Source: Eledone cirrhosa | Taxonomy: Eukaryota | DNA: 64,000 bases | NCBI GenBank assembly: GCA_964016885.1 | Contig: OZ024761.1 | Location: 8,680,001 to 8,744,000 of the forward strand | Reading direction: 5' to 3' | Shown: positions 37,050 through 50,120 of the stretch, piece after piece | Position numbering within the stretch: the first letter of the stretch is position 1 | How the letters are laid out: every line of letters starts with the position of its first letter | Position numbers and translations under genes: made by a program | The notes under the pieces: generated by a model | What the model was told of the DNA's origin: nothing | Seen by the model: the letters and a program-made list of their open reading frames with translations, nothing else | The model's database searches: none

Positions 37050-38010
37050 GTGTGAATGTATGTGTGTGTTTGTGTAAATTTATCTGTGTTTTGTGAATGT
37101 ATGTGTGTGTTTGTGTAAATTTATCTGTGTTTTGTGAATGTATGTGTGTATATGTAAATTTATCTGTGTTTTGTGAATGTATGTGTGTTTGTGTAAATTT
37201 ATCTGTGTTTTGTGAATGTATGTGTGTATATGTAAATTTATCTGTGTTTTGTGAATGTATGTGTGTTTGTGTAAATTTATCTGTGTTTTGTGAATGTATG
37301 TGTGTATATGTAAATTTATCTGTGTTTTGTGAATGTATGTGTGTTTGTGTAAATTTATCTGTGTTTTGTGAATGTATGTGTGTCTTTGTGTAAATTTATC
37401 TGTGTTTTGTGAATGTATGTGTGTGTTTGTGTAAATTTATCTGTGTTTTGTGAATGTATGTGTGTGTTTGTGTAAATTTATCTGTGTTTTGTGAATGTAT
37501 GTGTGTGTTTGTGTAAATTTATCTGTGTTTTGTGAATGTATGTGTGTGTGTTTGTGTAAATTTATCTGCGTTTTGTGAATGTATGTGTGTGTTTGTGTAA
37601 ATTTATCTGTGTTTTGTGAATGTATGTGTGTGTTTGTGTAAATTTATCTGTGTTTTGTGAATGTATGTGTGTGTTTGTGTAAATTTATCTGCGTTTTGTG
37701 AATGTATGTGTGTGTTTGTGTAAATTTATCTGTGTTTTGTGAATGTATGTGTGTGTTTGTGTAAATTTATCTGTTTTGTGAATGTATGTGCGTGTTTGTG
37801 TAAATTTATCTGTGTTTTGTGAATGTATGTGCGTGTTTGTGTAAATTTATCTGTGTTTTGTGAATGTATGTGTGTGTATGTGTAAATTTATCTGTGTTTT
37901 GTGAATGTATGTGTGTGTTTGTGTAAATTTATCTGTGTTTTGTGAATGTATGTGTGTGTTTGTGTAAATTTATCTGTTTTGTGAATGTATGTGTGTGTAT
38001 GTGTGAATGT
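37050..38010. repeat. ~39-43-bp minisatellite
   Basis: Unit GTGTAAATTTATCTGTGTTTTGTGAATGTATGTGTGTGTTT. Confidence 0.9.
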
Positions 38011-40916
38011 ATGTCTGTGAGTGTATATTTTTGTAAGTGTGTCTGTGTTTGCGTGCTTATATTTATATACTCATACATATAAATGTATGCATATACACAT
38101 ACACACATATACACATACACACACATATATACATATACGTCAGCGTATTGGAAAAAATCCTAGTATATATATATGTGTGTGTGTGTAATATAAAGTGGTA
38201 ATTTGACAGAATCACCATTTAGTTTTGTCACTCTACATTCTGGGATCAAAATCAGTAACAGAAATACCAGCTGTATACTGGGGGGTGGGGGGGGTGGGGG
38301 GTTGCGTTAATTACATTCACTGTAACTCTTTCCTATAAATTTCTGTCAATAGTAAATCTATTATAACATTATTAGCATTGTTGTTAATTACTATTATCAA
38401 TTTGTAGCATAGAGTTACGGCCCTTTACGTTCTGATTTCAAATCCCATCAAAGTTAACTTTGCTTACGGGGTCGATAAAATAAAGTACCAGTTATGTACT
38501 AGGATCAATATAATGGACTTTCCTGCTCCTCCTCCTTCCCATAAATCATTATTATTATTGTTGTTGAGGGCAGTGGATTGGAAGCAGAATCGGTAGAGCA
38601 TTGGACAACCTGCTTTGTGGCATAGAGTTACGGCCCTTTACATTCTGAGTTCAAATCCCTCCGAGGTTAACTTTGCCTTTCATCCTTAAGGGGTCGATAA
38701 AATAATGTACCAGTAACGCACTGGTGTCGATTTGATCGACTTTCCTCTCCCCCCAAAATTTCTGGCCTTGTGGCTAAATCAGCAGCCATTATTGTTGTTG
38801 TTGTTGTTAGGGCAGTGGTATGAGTTCTGGCTGTGTATAATCTGAGATTGAGTCTTGCCGAGGTCAACTTCGCCTTTCATCTTTCTGGGAGGAGATGATA
38901 AAATAAAGTACCGCTCAAGTCCTGTGATTCATTTGACTTTGTGTGATCTACCAACGTGAGATTTTTTTAAGCTAAAATCAAACCTAGTTGTTATGTCATT
39001 TTTATAGAGAGACAGAAATATGTCAACGAATAATTGGTTACTTAATTTAAGCTTCCCATTACTTTCTTCTTCCCTACTTATTCCTGAGAGGGTCGTGGGG
39101 GGCAGTCCTCAAACACTCCTTCCTGTCAGAATCAACCGTCTCCAACTGATCCAGCTAGATCCCCCAAGCGCGACCAATCAAGCTCAAGGATGTTATCCAA
39201 CAATCTTGCTCGGGGACTACCCCTGGGTCTCTTGCCAGTTGGTTTTGCCCATAAAATCTGTCCAGTGATTCTTTCCTGAGACATTCTAACCACATACCCA
39301 TAGTATTGGAGCTGTGATCTCTCAATTTGGAGAAGTAGCAGCTTTATCTGGAGTGACACTCTGATCTCCGAGTTATGCACTTTATAGAGTAACATTACTC
39401 CAAAGACCCTTCGAAGGAATCCCATATCAGCTATTTGCATTTGCGATCATATTCCAATTAAAGACACAGCCTATAATTGTCAAATAATTTTCAAAATAAT
39501 CAAGAATTTTGAGGGAATGAGTAATATAGCTAACTTTTTCATTAAGTTGGTGTTTGAAGCATAATTTTACAAAAGCTCTTACAGAAATGTGTGATGGCAA
39601 GCTTTTTAAATAAATACAAACACTTAAAAATAAACAGATTCGTATTCTGGAAGTGGAGGTGGTTTTAGGCAGGTTGTTAAGAAAAGAATTAGGCTGGTGT
39701 TTGGGGCATAAAATTAGGGATAGCAGGGGTTAGTTGGTGTTTGGAACATAACTTAACAAAGGGTCTTACATAAAGGGTAGAATAGACCAGTAGAACTAGT
39801 GGGGCACCAGGTGGTTTGGTATCAAAAAGAGTTAAGATGGTGTCTGGAACATAAGAAATGTTCTTATATAAAAAAAATTATGAATGGAAGGTTTTTAGAT
39901 AGATAAAAACACTTTTTAGAATAATAACACATCTGCCAACCTCTAAAGAACCAAATCAGGAGTACCACGAAATGAGGCAAAATGGGGAGATTTTACATAA
40001 TGAAAGCTATATCCATTTTCACAAGAGAAGACATCTCGCACACACCCCAAAGTGGGTGGGAGATCTCCACGTCAGACGGGGAGAGTGGACAGGTCTGTAA
40101 TAAAAATATTCTAGAAACAAAGTAAAGGATACAACAGTTTGAGGCAGGTTTGTTTGGTATTGTTCTGTTGACTCCATGGATGCTTTCAGAATGGGTTTGT
40201 GATACATACAGTTGCAATCAGTTCTGTACTAAACTTTAGCACGCGAGTAATTTTTATGAGTGGTTGCCCCTTGACACTGCATTATCTATTAAAGGGAGAT
40301 TACTCATATGGTGCATTTTGTCGCCTGCAGCGTGCTGAAGGATAATATAATGGCTCTTTACACAAGGAATGAGGTCATAATATTTTCTATTTTATTACAC
40401 ATCCGATCTTTCTATTGCAAGTGAATATTTTTATTCATGTTTTCCATAACTGATTGTATTTCAAAAGTTTTTCTTATTTCTATGTATTTTTCTAATATCA
40501 TGCTATTAAATATATTTACAATAATTCTCTTTTTTTTTCCAGTTCAATTATATTTGTGTTGGTATATTTATGAATATAACATAATGTATGCCTATATGTA
40601 TATATACATACAAAGATATGTATGCATATATAAATACATACAAATATATATATGTATGAATATAAATATATACATACATATATATATATGTATGAATATA
40701 AATATATACATACATATATATATATGTATGCATATATATATATGCATATATATATATATATATGTATGCATATATATGTATGCATATATATATATGCATA
40801 TATATATATGCATATATATATATATATATATGTATGCATATATATATATGCATATATATATATGCATATATATATATATATATATACTTATGTAATAAAC
40901 AACATAAGATAATTAT

Positions 40917-40974
40917 TTCATTTACCAGTGGTTTCTTGAAAGCAAACAAATCTGCTTTCAGTCGTCAGAATGAA
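40917..40974 (-). ncRNA. Type I hammerhead ribozyme (solo copy of the 46.8-kb family)
   Basis: Minus strand: TTCATT-CTGACGA-CTGAAAGCAGA..TTTGCTTTCAA-GAAA-CCACTG-GTA-AATGAA. Confidence 0.8.
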
Positions 40975-41092
40975 CAAATCCTGGTGTTTTTATTGAATGT
41001 GGATTTGAAAACAAAAATATAAGAAATATGAAAGTGAGGCTCAGGGAAGAAGAAAAAAGATTATAAATATACAAGTATATAAACACACACAC

Positions 41093-41125
<33 letters not shown>

Positions 41126-41769
41126 AACAAACGTTCACATACACAAACACACACACACATATATATATACATATACACACACATAATTATAAAAATAAAC
41201 AAACATATACACACTCGACCATGCGTATATACTAAAATAAGCAGTTACATCAACTGGCCAAGATAAATCAGTAAAAAATAAAAAATTAGCAAGTTGACAA
41301 CGATACGAAAGAAGAAAAAACACAAATAAGAATAAATAAACAAACACACATGGTAAGCAAATGCACAAAATAAAATAAATATATATATATATATACACAC
41401 ACATACATGCAACACATACACATACATAGAAATATACACAGTACAAACATACACAGTTAAGTAAATACATACAAACATACATACACATATATATATATAT
41501 ATATAAACACACATACACACATATACATACTCACATGCATACACACATATGCACGCATATACTCTGAACCACATGTATAGGTACATATACACAAATGTAG
41601 GTGTATATACATATATCAAAAGGTATAAATACATTCACACACATATACATGAGAAAAAATACATTCAACCACATACACACATATATATATAAATAATTAC
41701 TTATATATAAAAATATACACATACGCACATGTACACATACATATGCACGCATATACACACACATATATA

Positions 41770-43033
41770 CAGGGTGTGGACGATATTTGTTCGCAATTTT
41801 CAACTGCTAATTTTATGCACATTTTTTTTACTTCCGTTGTCACTCTTGTCTTCATAAAAACAGTGACTATATTTCCATTATTTATATTATGAATAATTTT
41901 GAACCTCCAAATTTGTGGAAGAGACACAGAGTTATTTTTGGAATCCGCGCCAGGAGGACAAATAAGGAAATTTCAGACTTTCTCAGCGTCAGCAGGAGAA
42001 TGGTGGAAAAGGTCAGAAAGGAATTAGAAGATTCAGGATTCGACTACAAAGCAACATCAGAGAGGAAAACACATGATCGATGATCTGACACCTTAAGAAC
42101 GCTCGAGTTCTTCGCTGAAGTTCAGGATATCATCAACAATGAACCTAGCAAGTCGATGCATGCCATTACAAGGGAGAAAGGCGTGGATGGAAAGCTCATT
42201 AGGCTGGTGGTACATGAAGATATTCGCTACGTTTCATACAAGATGAGGAAAGGACAATTTCTGTCAAAGGCGATGCAAGAAAAGCGATTGATCAACAAGT
42301 TGAAACACCCACTGGAGCCAGACATGCTGTGGTTTTTCTCCGACGAGAAAATCTTCTGCCAAGACCAGAAGATCAACTCCGAGAACAACAGGTGGCTCGC
42401 TGTCTCATCCAAAGACGTGCCCAGAGTCATGCAGACAAAGTTTCCAGCGACAACATTGGTCTTAGGTGTCGTCAGCAGTCAAGGTGACGTAATGCCACCT
42501 CACTTCTTCCCCGAGGGCCTCAAGCTGAACACCGATGGCTACATCCGCGTTCTGAGCGAGGTAGTAAAGCCCTGGATCGACCAGGTAGCTGCAGGTAGGG
42601 CGTACGTGTGGAAGCAAGACTCAGCGCCCTGCCATACCAGCCGAAAGACCCAAGCCTGGCTGTCAGAGAACTTCGTCGACCACACTTCACCTAACATCTG
42701 GCCTCCCAGCTCGTCTGACTGCAACCCCCTCGACTTCATTGTGTTGGGCGCAGTGGAACGAGACACCAACAGATCTAGCTGCAATACGAAAGACGATCTG
42801 AAGGCCAGGATCACAAGTGCCTTTAGGGGCCTAAGTCGGGGGACAGTGACGAAGGCCTGTAGCCAGATCCGAGGCCGTCATCAAAGCCAATGGCGGGTTT
42901 ATCGAGTGAGATCGAAAGAACAAATCATGAAGACAAACTGACCCAAGTATGATAAATATATCTTAAAAAATAAAACTACTGTGTTAATTTTTCCTAGACA
43001 TTAATCTTGCAAACAAATATCCTCCGCACCCTG
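41770..43033 (+). mobile_element. Tc1/mariner superfamily maT (DD37D) transposon, pseudogenised
   Basis: TA|CAGGGTG..GATATTTGT TIRs with TA flanks; ORFs 41889..42083 and 42156..42941 in one frame separated by a TGA; FSDEK, QDSAPCH, NPLD with 37 residues between the last two Asp. Solo TIR at 44112-44148. Confidence 0.9.
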
Positions 43034-43037
43034 TATA

Positions 43038-43937
43038 TCTTTATATATAAAACTGAGGATGTTTGTCTGTGTGTCTGTGAGTTCGAATCCCTAAAACTCG
43101 AGAACCACCGAACCGACTGTTTTCAAACTTTACACATGTAATACTTTTGTTTCAGGGAGTGTTCTGAGCAAAAAAATGTTCAATGCCCTAGGGACCGTAT
43201 TAGGCGATTTAGCGATCACGCTCTATAATTCTTAGTCTTTCTCTTTTTAGATAGATACATACATATAACGTCGCGCCCAAATAATATGTCTGTATGCCTG
43301 GCTGTCTGCATTACGTCACTTCCCTGAGGATGTGTGTGAGTTTGAATCCCTAAAACTCGAGAAGTACCCAACCGATTTTTTTCAAACTTTACATATGTAT
43401 TACTTATGTTTCAGGGAGTGTTATGCACATAAAAATATTCCACTTTTTTTTAATCTCCTAGGGCCCGCATTAGGTGAAAAACTGCGTTGTTTAACATTTT
43501 TAGGGTTTTTTTTAGGCGTTATGTCAGACCGATTTCCTTAAAATTCTAATTATGTATTAGTCAGTCTCTTCTTCATACCGTAAGCAAAGAAAATCCAACT
43601 TTCTTATGGCCTCGGGCCGTCATTAGGTGAAAAACTTCATTTTCAGCTTCTTAGGGCTTTTTGGAGGCGTTACGTCTAGCCGATTTTCCCGAAATTTAAA
43701 GGCATATTATGCACATAAAAAAAATTCATTTTCTTGATCCTCTAGGGCCCGCATTAGGTGAAAACCTGAATTTTTCCTGCTTCATCGAGAAAAATCTTAA
43801 AGATTATCCAGCCATCAGAGTATTCGGTTTATTTTCTTTACATATTGCCCAGGCATGCAGTTTTTCCACGATTAGGTCTGTTGGTGGCCTGCATTCCAAA
43901 ATACCTTATCTCATGCAACGCCGGGTACCACTGCTAG
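43038..43937 (+). mobile_element. Non-autonomous Helitron
   Basis: A|TCTTTATATATAAAA 5' end, 3' GCAACGCCGGGTA..CTGCTAG|T, A-T insertion site, internal direct duplications. Confidence 0.75.
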
Positions 43938-44165
43938 TATATATATAAAAAAGTGGAAGGGGTATTCAATTAGTTGGAAATCCGACAAATATAAAAAAAA
44001 ATATAAATGTTTATAACTGATTTAGAGCACTCAACAAGTTCGTGGAGTAAATATTCAATGATATTAAATATTTAATATCTTTGTGTATATATATACATAC
44101 ATATACATATACAGGGTGAGGACAATATTTGTTCGCAATTTTCAACTGAATTACTTCATTTATAC

Positions 44166-44209
<44 letters not shown>

Positions 44210-44769
44210 ATATATATATATATATATATGCATATATTAATAAATGGAAGCTATCTTTATAAAACCATATTAAAAAAATTCCATCATTAATTATTTATAA
44301 TCTGTTATAGAGTAAAGCGCTCTACTAAGTGTAAGCAATGAGTTATTTAATTTGTTGATTATTCAACAAATTTAATTTATAGCAGATTAGAAGCACTCAA
44401 CAGTAAACTGTTGAATGCTTCTAATCTGTTATAAATTAAATTTATATATATATAGTGAAAGATTGAAGAATAACATGGTCAGCTGTACTACAAAGGGTGT
44501 TATTTCTAGTGTTACCAATTGTTTCATTGATCAGGTGAGTCTAAAGGCTGCTAATCACTTGAACTTGCATCACACGACCTTAAATAGAGTGTTTACCTCT
44601 GATCAAATCATCGGAATACTAAGGAAAATAACCTACCAACATGCACCAAATACAAAACGCAAACACATAAGAACGTCACAGCCACACACACATCCGGGCA
44701 CATCGCAACAAAACATCAATAAGCCTAAATCTCAGCCCATCCCTAACAACATACAAAACTGCAACGGAG

Positions 44770-45220
44770 AACCTGTGCACAGGAAGGCCTCCAACTGTAA
44801 CTGCCACCTGCTGGATAAGTGCCCACTACAAAATAGATGCCTGGAATCAAGTATGGTGTACCTGTGTACTATTAATTCGGCAACTTAGCATGGCACTACA
44901 TAGGTTCTACGGCTGGGGAATTCAAAAACAGATCGTATGTTCACAGACACTCTATGAAGAACCGTAGACTGGAGAACTCTACAACGCTGGCCAATAAAAT
45001 CTGGCAGCTTAAGGACACAAACCAGGAATATGGGATTAGCTGGTCGAAATTATCGGGAGCAAGAGCTTACAACACTGGAATGTCCCACTGCGGACTTTGC
45101 AATATGGTGCTGTTCTATATTTTAAAGTACGATAAGATGCTGCTTAACAGCAAAATAGAACAATCAATTTTCTGTAGGCACAAAGCAGCTACCAAGTTCG
45201 CAAATTTCAAACCAACATGA
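44770..45220 (+). mobile_element. Penelope-like GIY-YIG endonuclease remnant
   Basis: CNC..CPL..CL..SMVY, YIGST in a shifted frame, STTLANKIWQLKD..CGLC..LLNSKIE..CRHK. Confidence 0.75.
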
Positions 45221-45659
45221 TTGGATCTAGCAATCTCAGAATTCAAGCAGAACCACCCGGATTTTAATGTAATGACTGCATACCACCCCACTGTTATTAG
45301 CTGTCATCTGACTGAGACTGGTCACTAAATCAATATCATAAATCTCCTAACCTTTCTTTCACTCTCTCTCCCTAAAGCCACATCACCCCCATTAAGATAA
45401 GACAATCAGCCTGCCAGATATTTACCACATGTATCATTGTGTCGCCACCGCCACTCTCTATCTCCTGTCCTGTATCTCTTCCCCTCTCACTTAATTTTTA
45501 ATTTATTATTTTTTATCTTTTATATATATATAACCTGCCAGATAGTGCTATATGAGCGAGACACGGTCACCCGACCAACCTTGCCTCAAGTGGGACAACT
45601 CCCGTCTAACCCATGCTAGTGTGGAAGATGGACGTTAAACGAGGATGATGATGATGCAT

Positions 45660-46030
45660 ATATATAAAGAGGTATTTTGTTAGAGGTGCCTACTGACTGT
45701 AGTAGGTTTCACTTTGTACTTAGGCAAGGCGGGTCTTCTCTATTACTGTGTAGCGCCAAAGATCTCGGTCCAGTGACATTGTCTTGGAGAGGTGTAAGTG
45801 TGTGAGGTCGGAATTTATCAAGTCGTCCCAGGTTTTTCTGTGTCTGCCTACTCCATGGCTACCGTCTATCTTTATCGCCCTGCACTTTTTTATACAGCTG
45901 TCGTCTTTCAAGCGCATCGCGTGACCGTACCAACGTAGTCTTCTCCCGAGTAAACAACATCTGATCCCTCTTATTCCTAATTTGATCCTTAGTTCGTTTA
46001 TGCTTTGCCGTTCAATATATTACTATTACA
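45660..46030 (-). mobile_element. 5'-truncated copy of the RTE LINE
   Basis: ORF 45720..45917 nearly matches the C-terminus of 10358..13621; older copy at ~61360-61830. Confidence 0.9.
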
Positions 46031-46113
46031 GTCAATGGTAAACATTGAGGACCGAATGAATTAACTGTGGAGATATAAAAAGATACAGATGTGAAAACCA
46101 ACCAAACAAGTAT

Positions 46114-46154
<41 letters not shown>

Positions 46155-46234
46155 TTCAGAAGATCCCATTAAGTGTGAAAGCAGCGATTCTTTGCTTAAA
46201 CTTTAATGTTATTTTAATAAAGATATATATAAGT

Positions 46235-46582
46235 GGAGGCACATGGCTTAGTGGTTAGAGCATTGGCCTTGCAATCGAAAGGTTGTGAGTTCAATTCTCA
46301 GACCGGGTGATGTGTTGTTTCCTTGAGCAAGACACTTTATTTCACATTGCTCCAGTTTATTCAGCTGTAGAAATGAGATGATAGGGACTGGGGTCCCTAT
46401 CATTCCACTGCAAAGTGGTCGTGGAGGTGCCACGGCAAAAAAGCACCCAGCACTCCCTGTAAATGAGGTTGGTGTTAGGAAGGGCATCTAGCTGTAGAAA
46501 TCAAGCCAGAATCAGTTCCCGTCCCACCCTTGCAAGCAGGGAAAAAGCGGACGTAAATGAAATGATGAAAATGATGATGATG
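46235..46582 (+). mobile_element. Full-length tRNA-derived SINE with RTE-derived tail
   Basis: A/B boxes, CTTGAGCAAGACACTT domain, GGTTGGTGTTAGGAAGGGCATC tail, (GAT)n end; close copies 50544-50968(+), 59135-59479(-), 62286-62617(-). Confidence 0.88.
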
Positions 46583-46743
46583 AAACATGGCCGTGTACAC
46601 ATTATTAGTCAGGTTCTAAGGAAAAATTCTGCGAATATCAGCTCTTACATTACTTTCTTTGCCACACACGGATATTTTGTGCTACATATAATTATATATA
46701 TATAAATAAATTAGTTATGTAATAAACAACATAAGATAATTAT

Positions 46744-46804
46744 TTCATTTACCAGTGGTTTCTTGAAAGCAGACGCTAGATCTGTTTTCAGTCGTCAGAA
46801 TGAA
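46744..46804 (-). ncRNA. Type I hammerhead ribozyme, left arm of inverted repeat
   Basis: Reverse complement of 46850-46910 with intact CTGACGA/GAAA/GTA core. Confidence 0.8.
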
Positions 46805-46849
46805 TAAAAAACATGGTGTTTTTATTATTGATTTTTTTAATTTATTTTA

Positions 46850-46910
46850 TTCATTCTGACGACTGAAAACAGATCTAGCATCTGCTTTCAAGAAACCACT
46901 GGTAAATGAA
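46850..46910 (+). ncRNA. Type I hammerhead ribozyme, right arm
   Basis: Stem I TTCATT/AATGAA; CTGACGA 46856-46862; stem II TGAAA.CAGA/TCTG.TTTCA; GAAA; stem III ACC/GGT; predicted cleavage after GTA 46904. Confidence 0.85.
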
Positions 46911-48114
46911 ATAATTGTTTCTACTTTTGGCACAAGGCCAGCGATTACCCAGTGCATTACTGGTACTTTATTTTATCGACCCCGTAAGGACGAAAGGCAA
47001 AGTTAACCTCGGAGGAATTTGAACTCAGAATGGCAAGAGCCGTAACTCTCTGCGTCAAAGCATGGCGTCCGACCCTCTACCAGTACTGCCAATCCACCCA
47101 AGAAACCACTGGTAAATGAAATAATGATCTTATGTTGTTTATTACATAACTAATAAGCTCTGTATCCTACATAGAGCACTCTTTTTTCCTGTACCTTTCT
47201 GACACATATATATAAATAAATATAAAAATATACATATATGCGTATACGCAACTATGCATAATATATATGTACATGTATACAAATCGAACATACTTCACTG
47301 GATATATAACGTGTGAGTAATTTGAACGACGAATCTCGGATAAGTTGAGAGAAAAAATGCTTGGAAGATAAATGCGTGTGTGCAGATATTTGGTTCAAAT
47401 GTAGTCAAGGGGAGATAATAAACAAAAGTCGTATGTCGTCTGTTGAGTTGTATTGAACCAGTTTAAAACTCCTTAAAACTAATAATAACATGCATTTGCA
47501 GCAATAATATGAATTAGAAAAGCTGGAGTGTTAATAGTGGGTGGTTAGAGACGTGATGATTTTACCATTTGCCCTTGGGTTAGAGGAAGAAACCCCCATA
47601 AAACCCACCACTGTCAGTGATTCTGTTCTCTTTTACCCACATCCCTTATAAACCAAACAAATTAATGAAATAAAACTACCAAATAATTATAATTATTTTT
47701 ACCTATGTAAAATTAATTAATGTTACCTACAGTGACAAATATCTACATTCCCCAAATTTACCTGTTTTATAACAGGTCATATTCGATTGTACTGGGAGTA
47801 GCCACACACACACACACAAACATATGGTCTGTTGTTCAACCTCTAAGGAACTGAAAGCATGCTTTCAGTTCCTTAGATGACTAACACCACGCTCTGGATG
47901 TGAACATATCAATGAATTAACAAGGTAAAATCAATTCCAGCATTATGTTTTCCTGTTTCTTCTGTTCAAGTTCTAACTACCCGATGAGGTCATAGCTGTT
48001 AAATAATGGCAATCACTAAAATATATATAGCAGCGAATAGGAATAAACGAAGCTAATTTTTAATCTGTTGACTTACACGTCTTGTTTTTATACATATATA
48101 TGGTCTACCCTGTG

Positions 48115-48368
48115 AATTTTACATAGGCATGCCCGAGTTATTCTCTGGGTCCTCGAAGCCGTCTACTGCAACTGGCAGCAGAACGGGAGAATTCCCAGTT
48201 GTGTGGGTAGGGGCGTAGTAATGCTGATCAGGAAAGACGGGGGGGAAATAAGCAACCTCAGGCCCATAACTCTCCTAAACACAGAGTTAAAGATTTTGGC
48301 CAAGGTGTTAGCAACGAGGCTGGCGCTTGTCGTCGAGAATCTGGTGGGAAAAGCTCAAACGTGTGCAA
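48115..48368 (+). mobile_element. Tx1-family RT fragment
   Basis: RPITLLNTELKILAKVLATRLALVV..AQTCAI closely matches ORF2 at 17203..19122. Confidence 0.85.
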
Positions 48369-50110
48369 TTGGTGATATTACTGTATAACCATTTTTTTCC
48401 ATGTTCAAGTCAGGCCTGGTACACGAAAGTTTGGGAACCACTGCTCTACTACGAAATGGAGGGGAGGTGTTAATATGCAAGCGAATTCAGATGACCGGAT
48501 GGTAACTTTAAATAGAGAGATACTTTCAAGTTTCTACACCGATTCTGCTATATTTTCTAAATTTGCTCCGTAATATTACAGTGATTCCTCGTGTAAATCT
48601 GTTTTATTTCTACTGGATAATTTCATGGTATAGTACAGATAAAACCTATGGAATAAATTGCATTTAATATTTATATTATTGAATTATGGCAACTTTATTC
48701 TTATAAGTTAATTACAACGAGAAATTATGCGTGAAATTAGAAACATGAAACGTTTTTTACGATATACATAGCATATACATTATATATATATATATAGTGT
48801 ATATGCTATTTTTACTCTAATAATTTGTTGAGTGCTTTATATCAGTTATAAAAATATTTGCTTGTTGTATCCCAACAAATTAAATATAACTTCTACATAT
48901 ATATATTAGAATGTTGTTGGAGTGTGTATATATTTTCGGGGGACACCCTATATATATATTAAGAGAGGGAAAATACGGGGAGAAGACATGCTTAAGTTTC
49001 TCTACAATAATTGTTTCTAACGTTGTGTAAGGCTGGGGTTTCCAGAATATAGATATACAGTAATATCACCAAGTTGTATGGTTTGGGGACAGGTAAGTCT
49101 CTTTGTTTCATTATGGAAGAGGCTATGTAGCCGGTCCCAGTAAAATAGACTGCCAGGCTATGTAGCCGGTAAGAGTGTCAGACACCTGAGTTAAGACAAT
49201 TTGAAATCTTTTCCACCATCAATTGTTAAAAAACAAGTTAAAATCATTTAGTCGTCCATTTGTAACGTACGTTACACTTTAGTTACATACACACACATCT
49301 ACAGGTAAATACATTAACAGATACAGACAACAGAAGTGCAAACACACATCTACAGGTAAATATATTAACAGATACAGACAACAGAAGTACAAACCCACAC
49401 ACACATCTACTCATATATATTCATAAACAGACACATTATACAAAATAATTATTACACACACACACTATAGCGATATGTGTTGCATCTCTTTAGTGTTAAC
49501 CAGCTACATATAATAATAATTTCTTTATTAACAACACAGGGCTTACATTAAGAAAACATTAAAGACGGTACAGGACGATACAGTGTGGGTTTATTTCATT
49601 TTCTGTGTAAGATAATATTTATAACATGCACTTAAAAATATATTTATAACAGGCATCTTAAAAATATCAAACAACAAATTCTCCAAAAGTGATGAGACAT
49701 CGATTGTCACAAGTTGAGAAAGCCCATAAAAATCCACTGTCACCCTGTCTGCTAGTGTAAAGTGCCCCCTCCTAGTTGTTCTCCAATCTACAGTCGTATA
49801 CTCAAGGCAGGCCCATTCACACTCACCATCATCATTAATAATACTAGCAGAAAAACCACCCTTCGGGTGGTTTTCTGCTAGCATGTGTAGTGTGTATATT
49901 GATATTATACGCAGGTATATATACATGTAGATATGATGCATCAAATAAAATCGTAATTGACAATATATAATACATAGAAATTGAACGAAGACTGTGTTAC
50001 ACTGTCTTATGTAATCAGTAACATAATCCATGATACATTAAAAAAAGACGATATTATATATAAACTGCATTAGTGACAGAAATATATAAATGTTTATTTA
50101 AGTGATGGCC

Positions 50111-50120
50111 ACCGGAAGTG
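50111..50120 (+). promoter_or_regulatory. ETS-type motif, candidate WDR25 promoter element
   Basis: ACCGGAAGTG consensus 2.65 kb upstream of the first coding exon, which is preceded by an acceptor and so needs an upstream 5' UTR exon. Confidence 0.3.

Noticed and set aside
46235-46310. tRNA-like sequences
   Set aside because: SINE heads continuing into body and tail; no complete cloverleaf seen.
49591-50031. 146-aa minus-strand ORF as a divergent partner gene
   Set aside because: No recognisable domain or downstream exons; includes hairpin and AT-rich filler.
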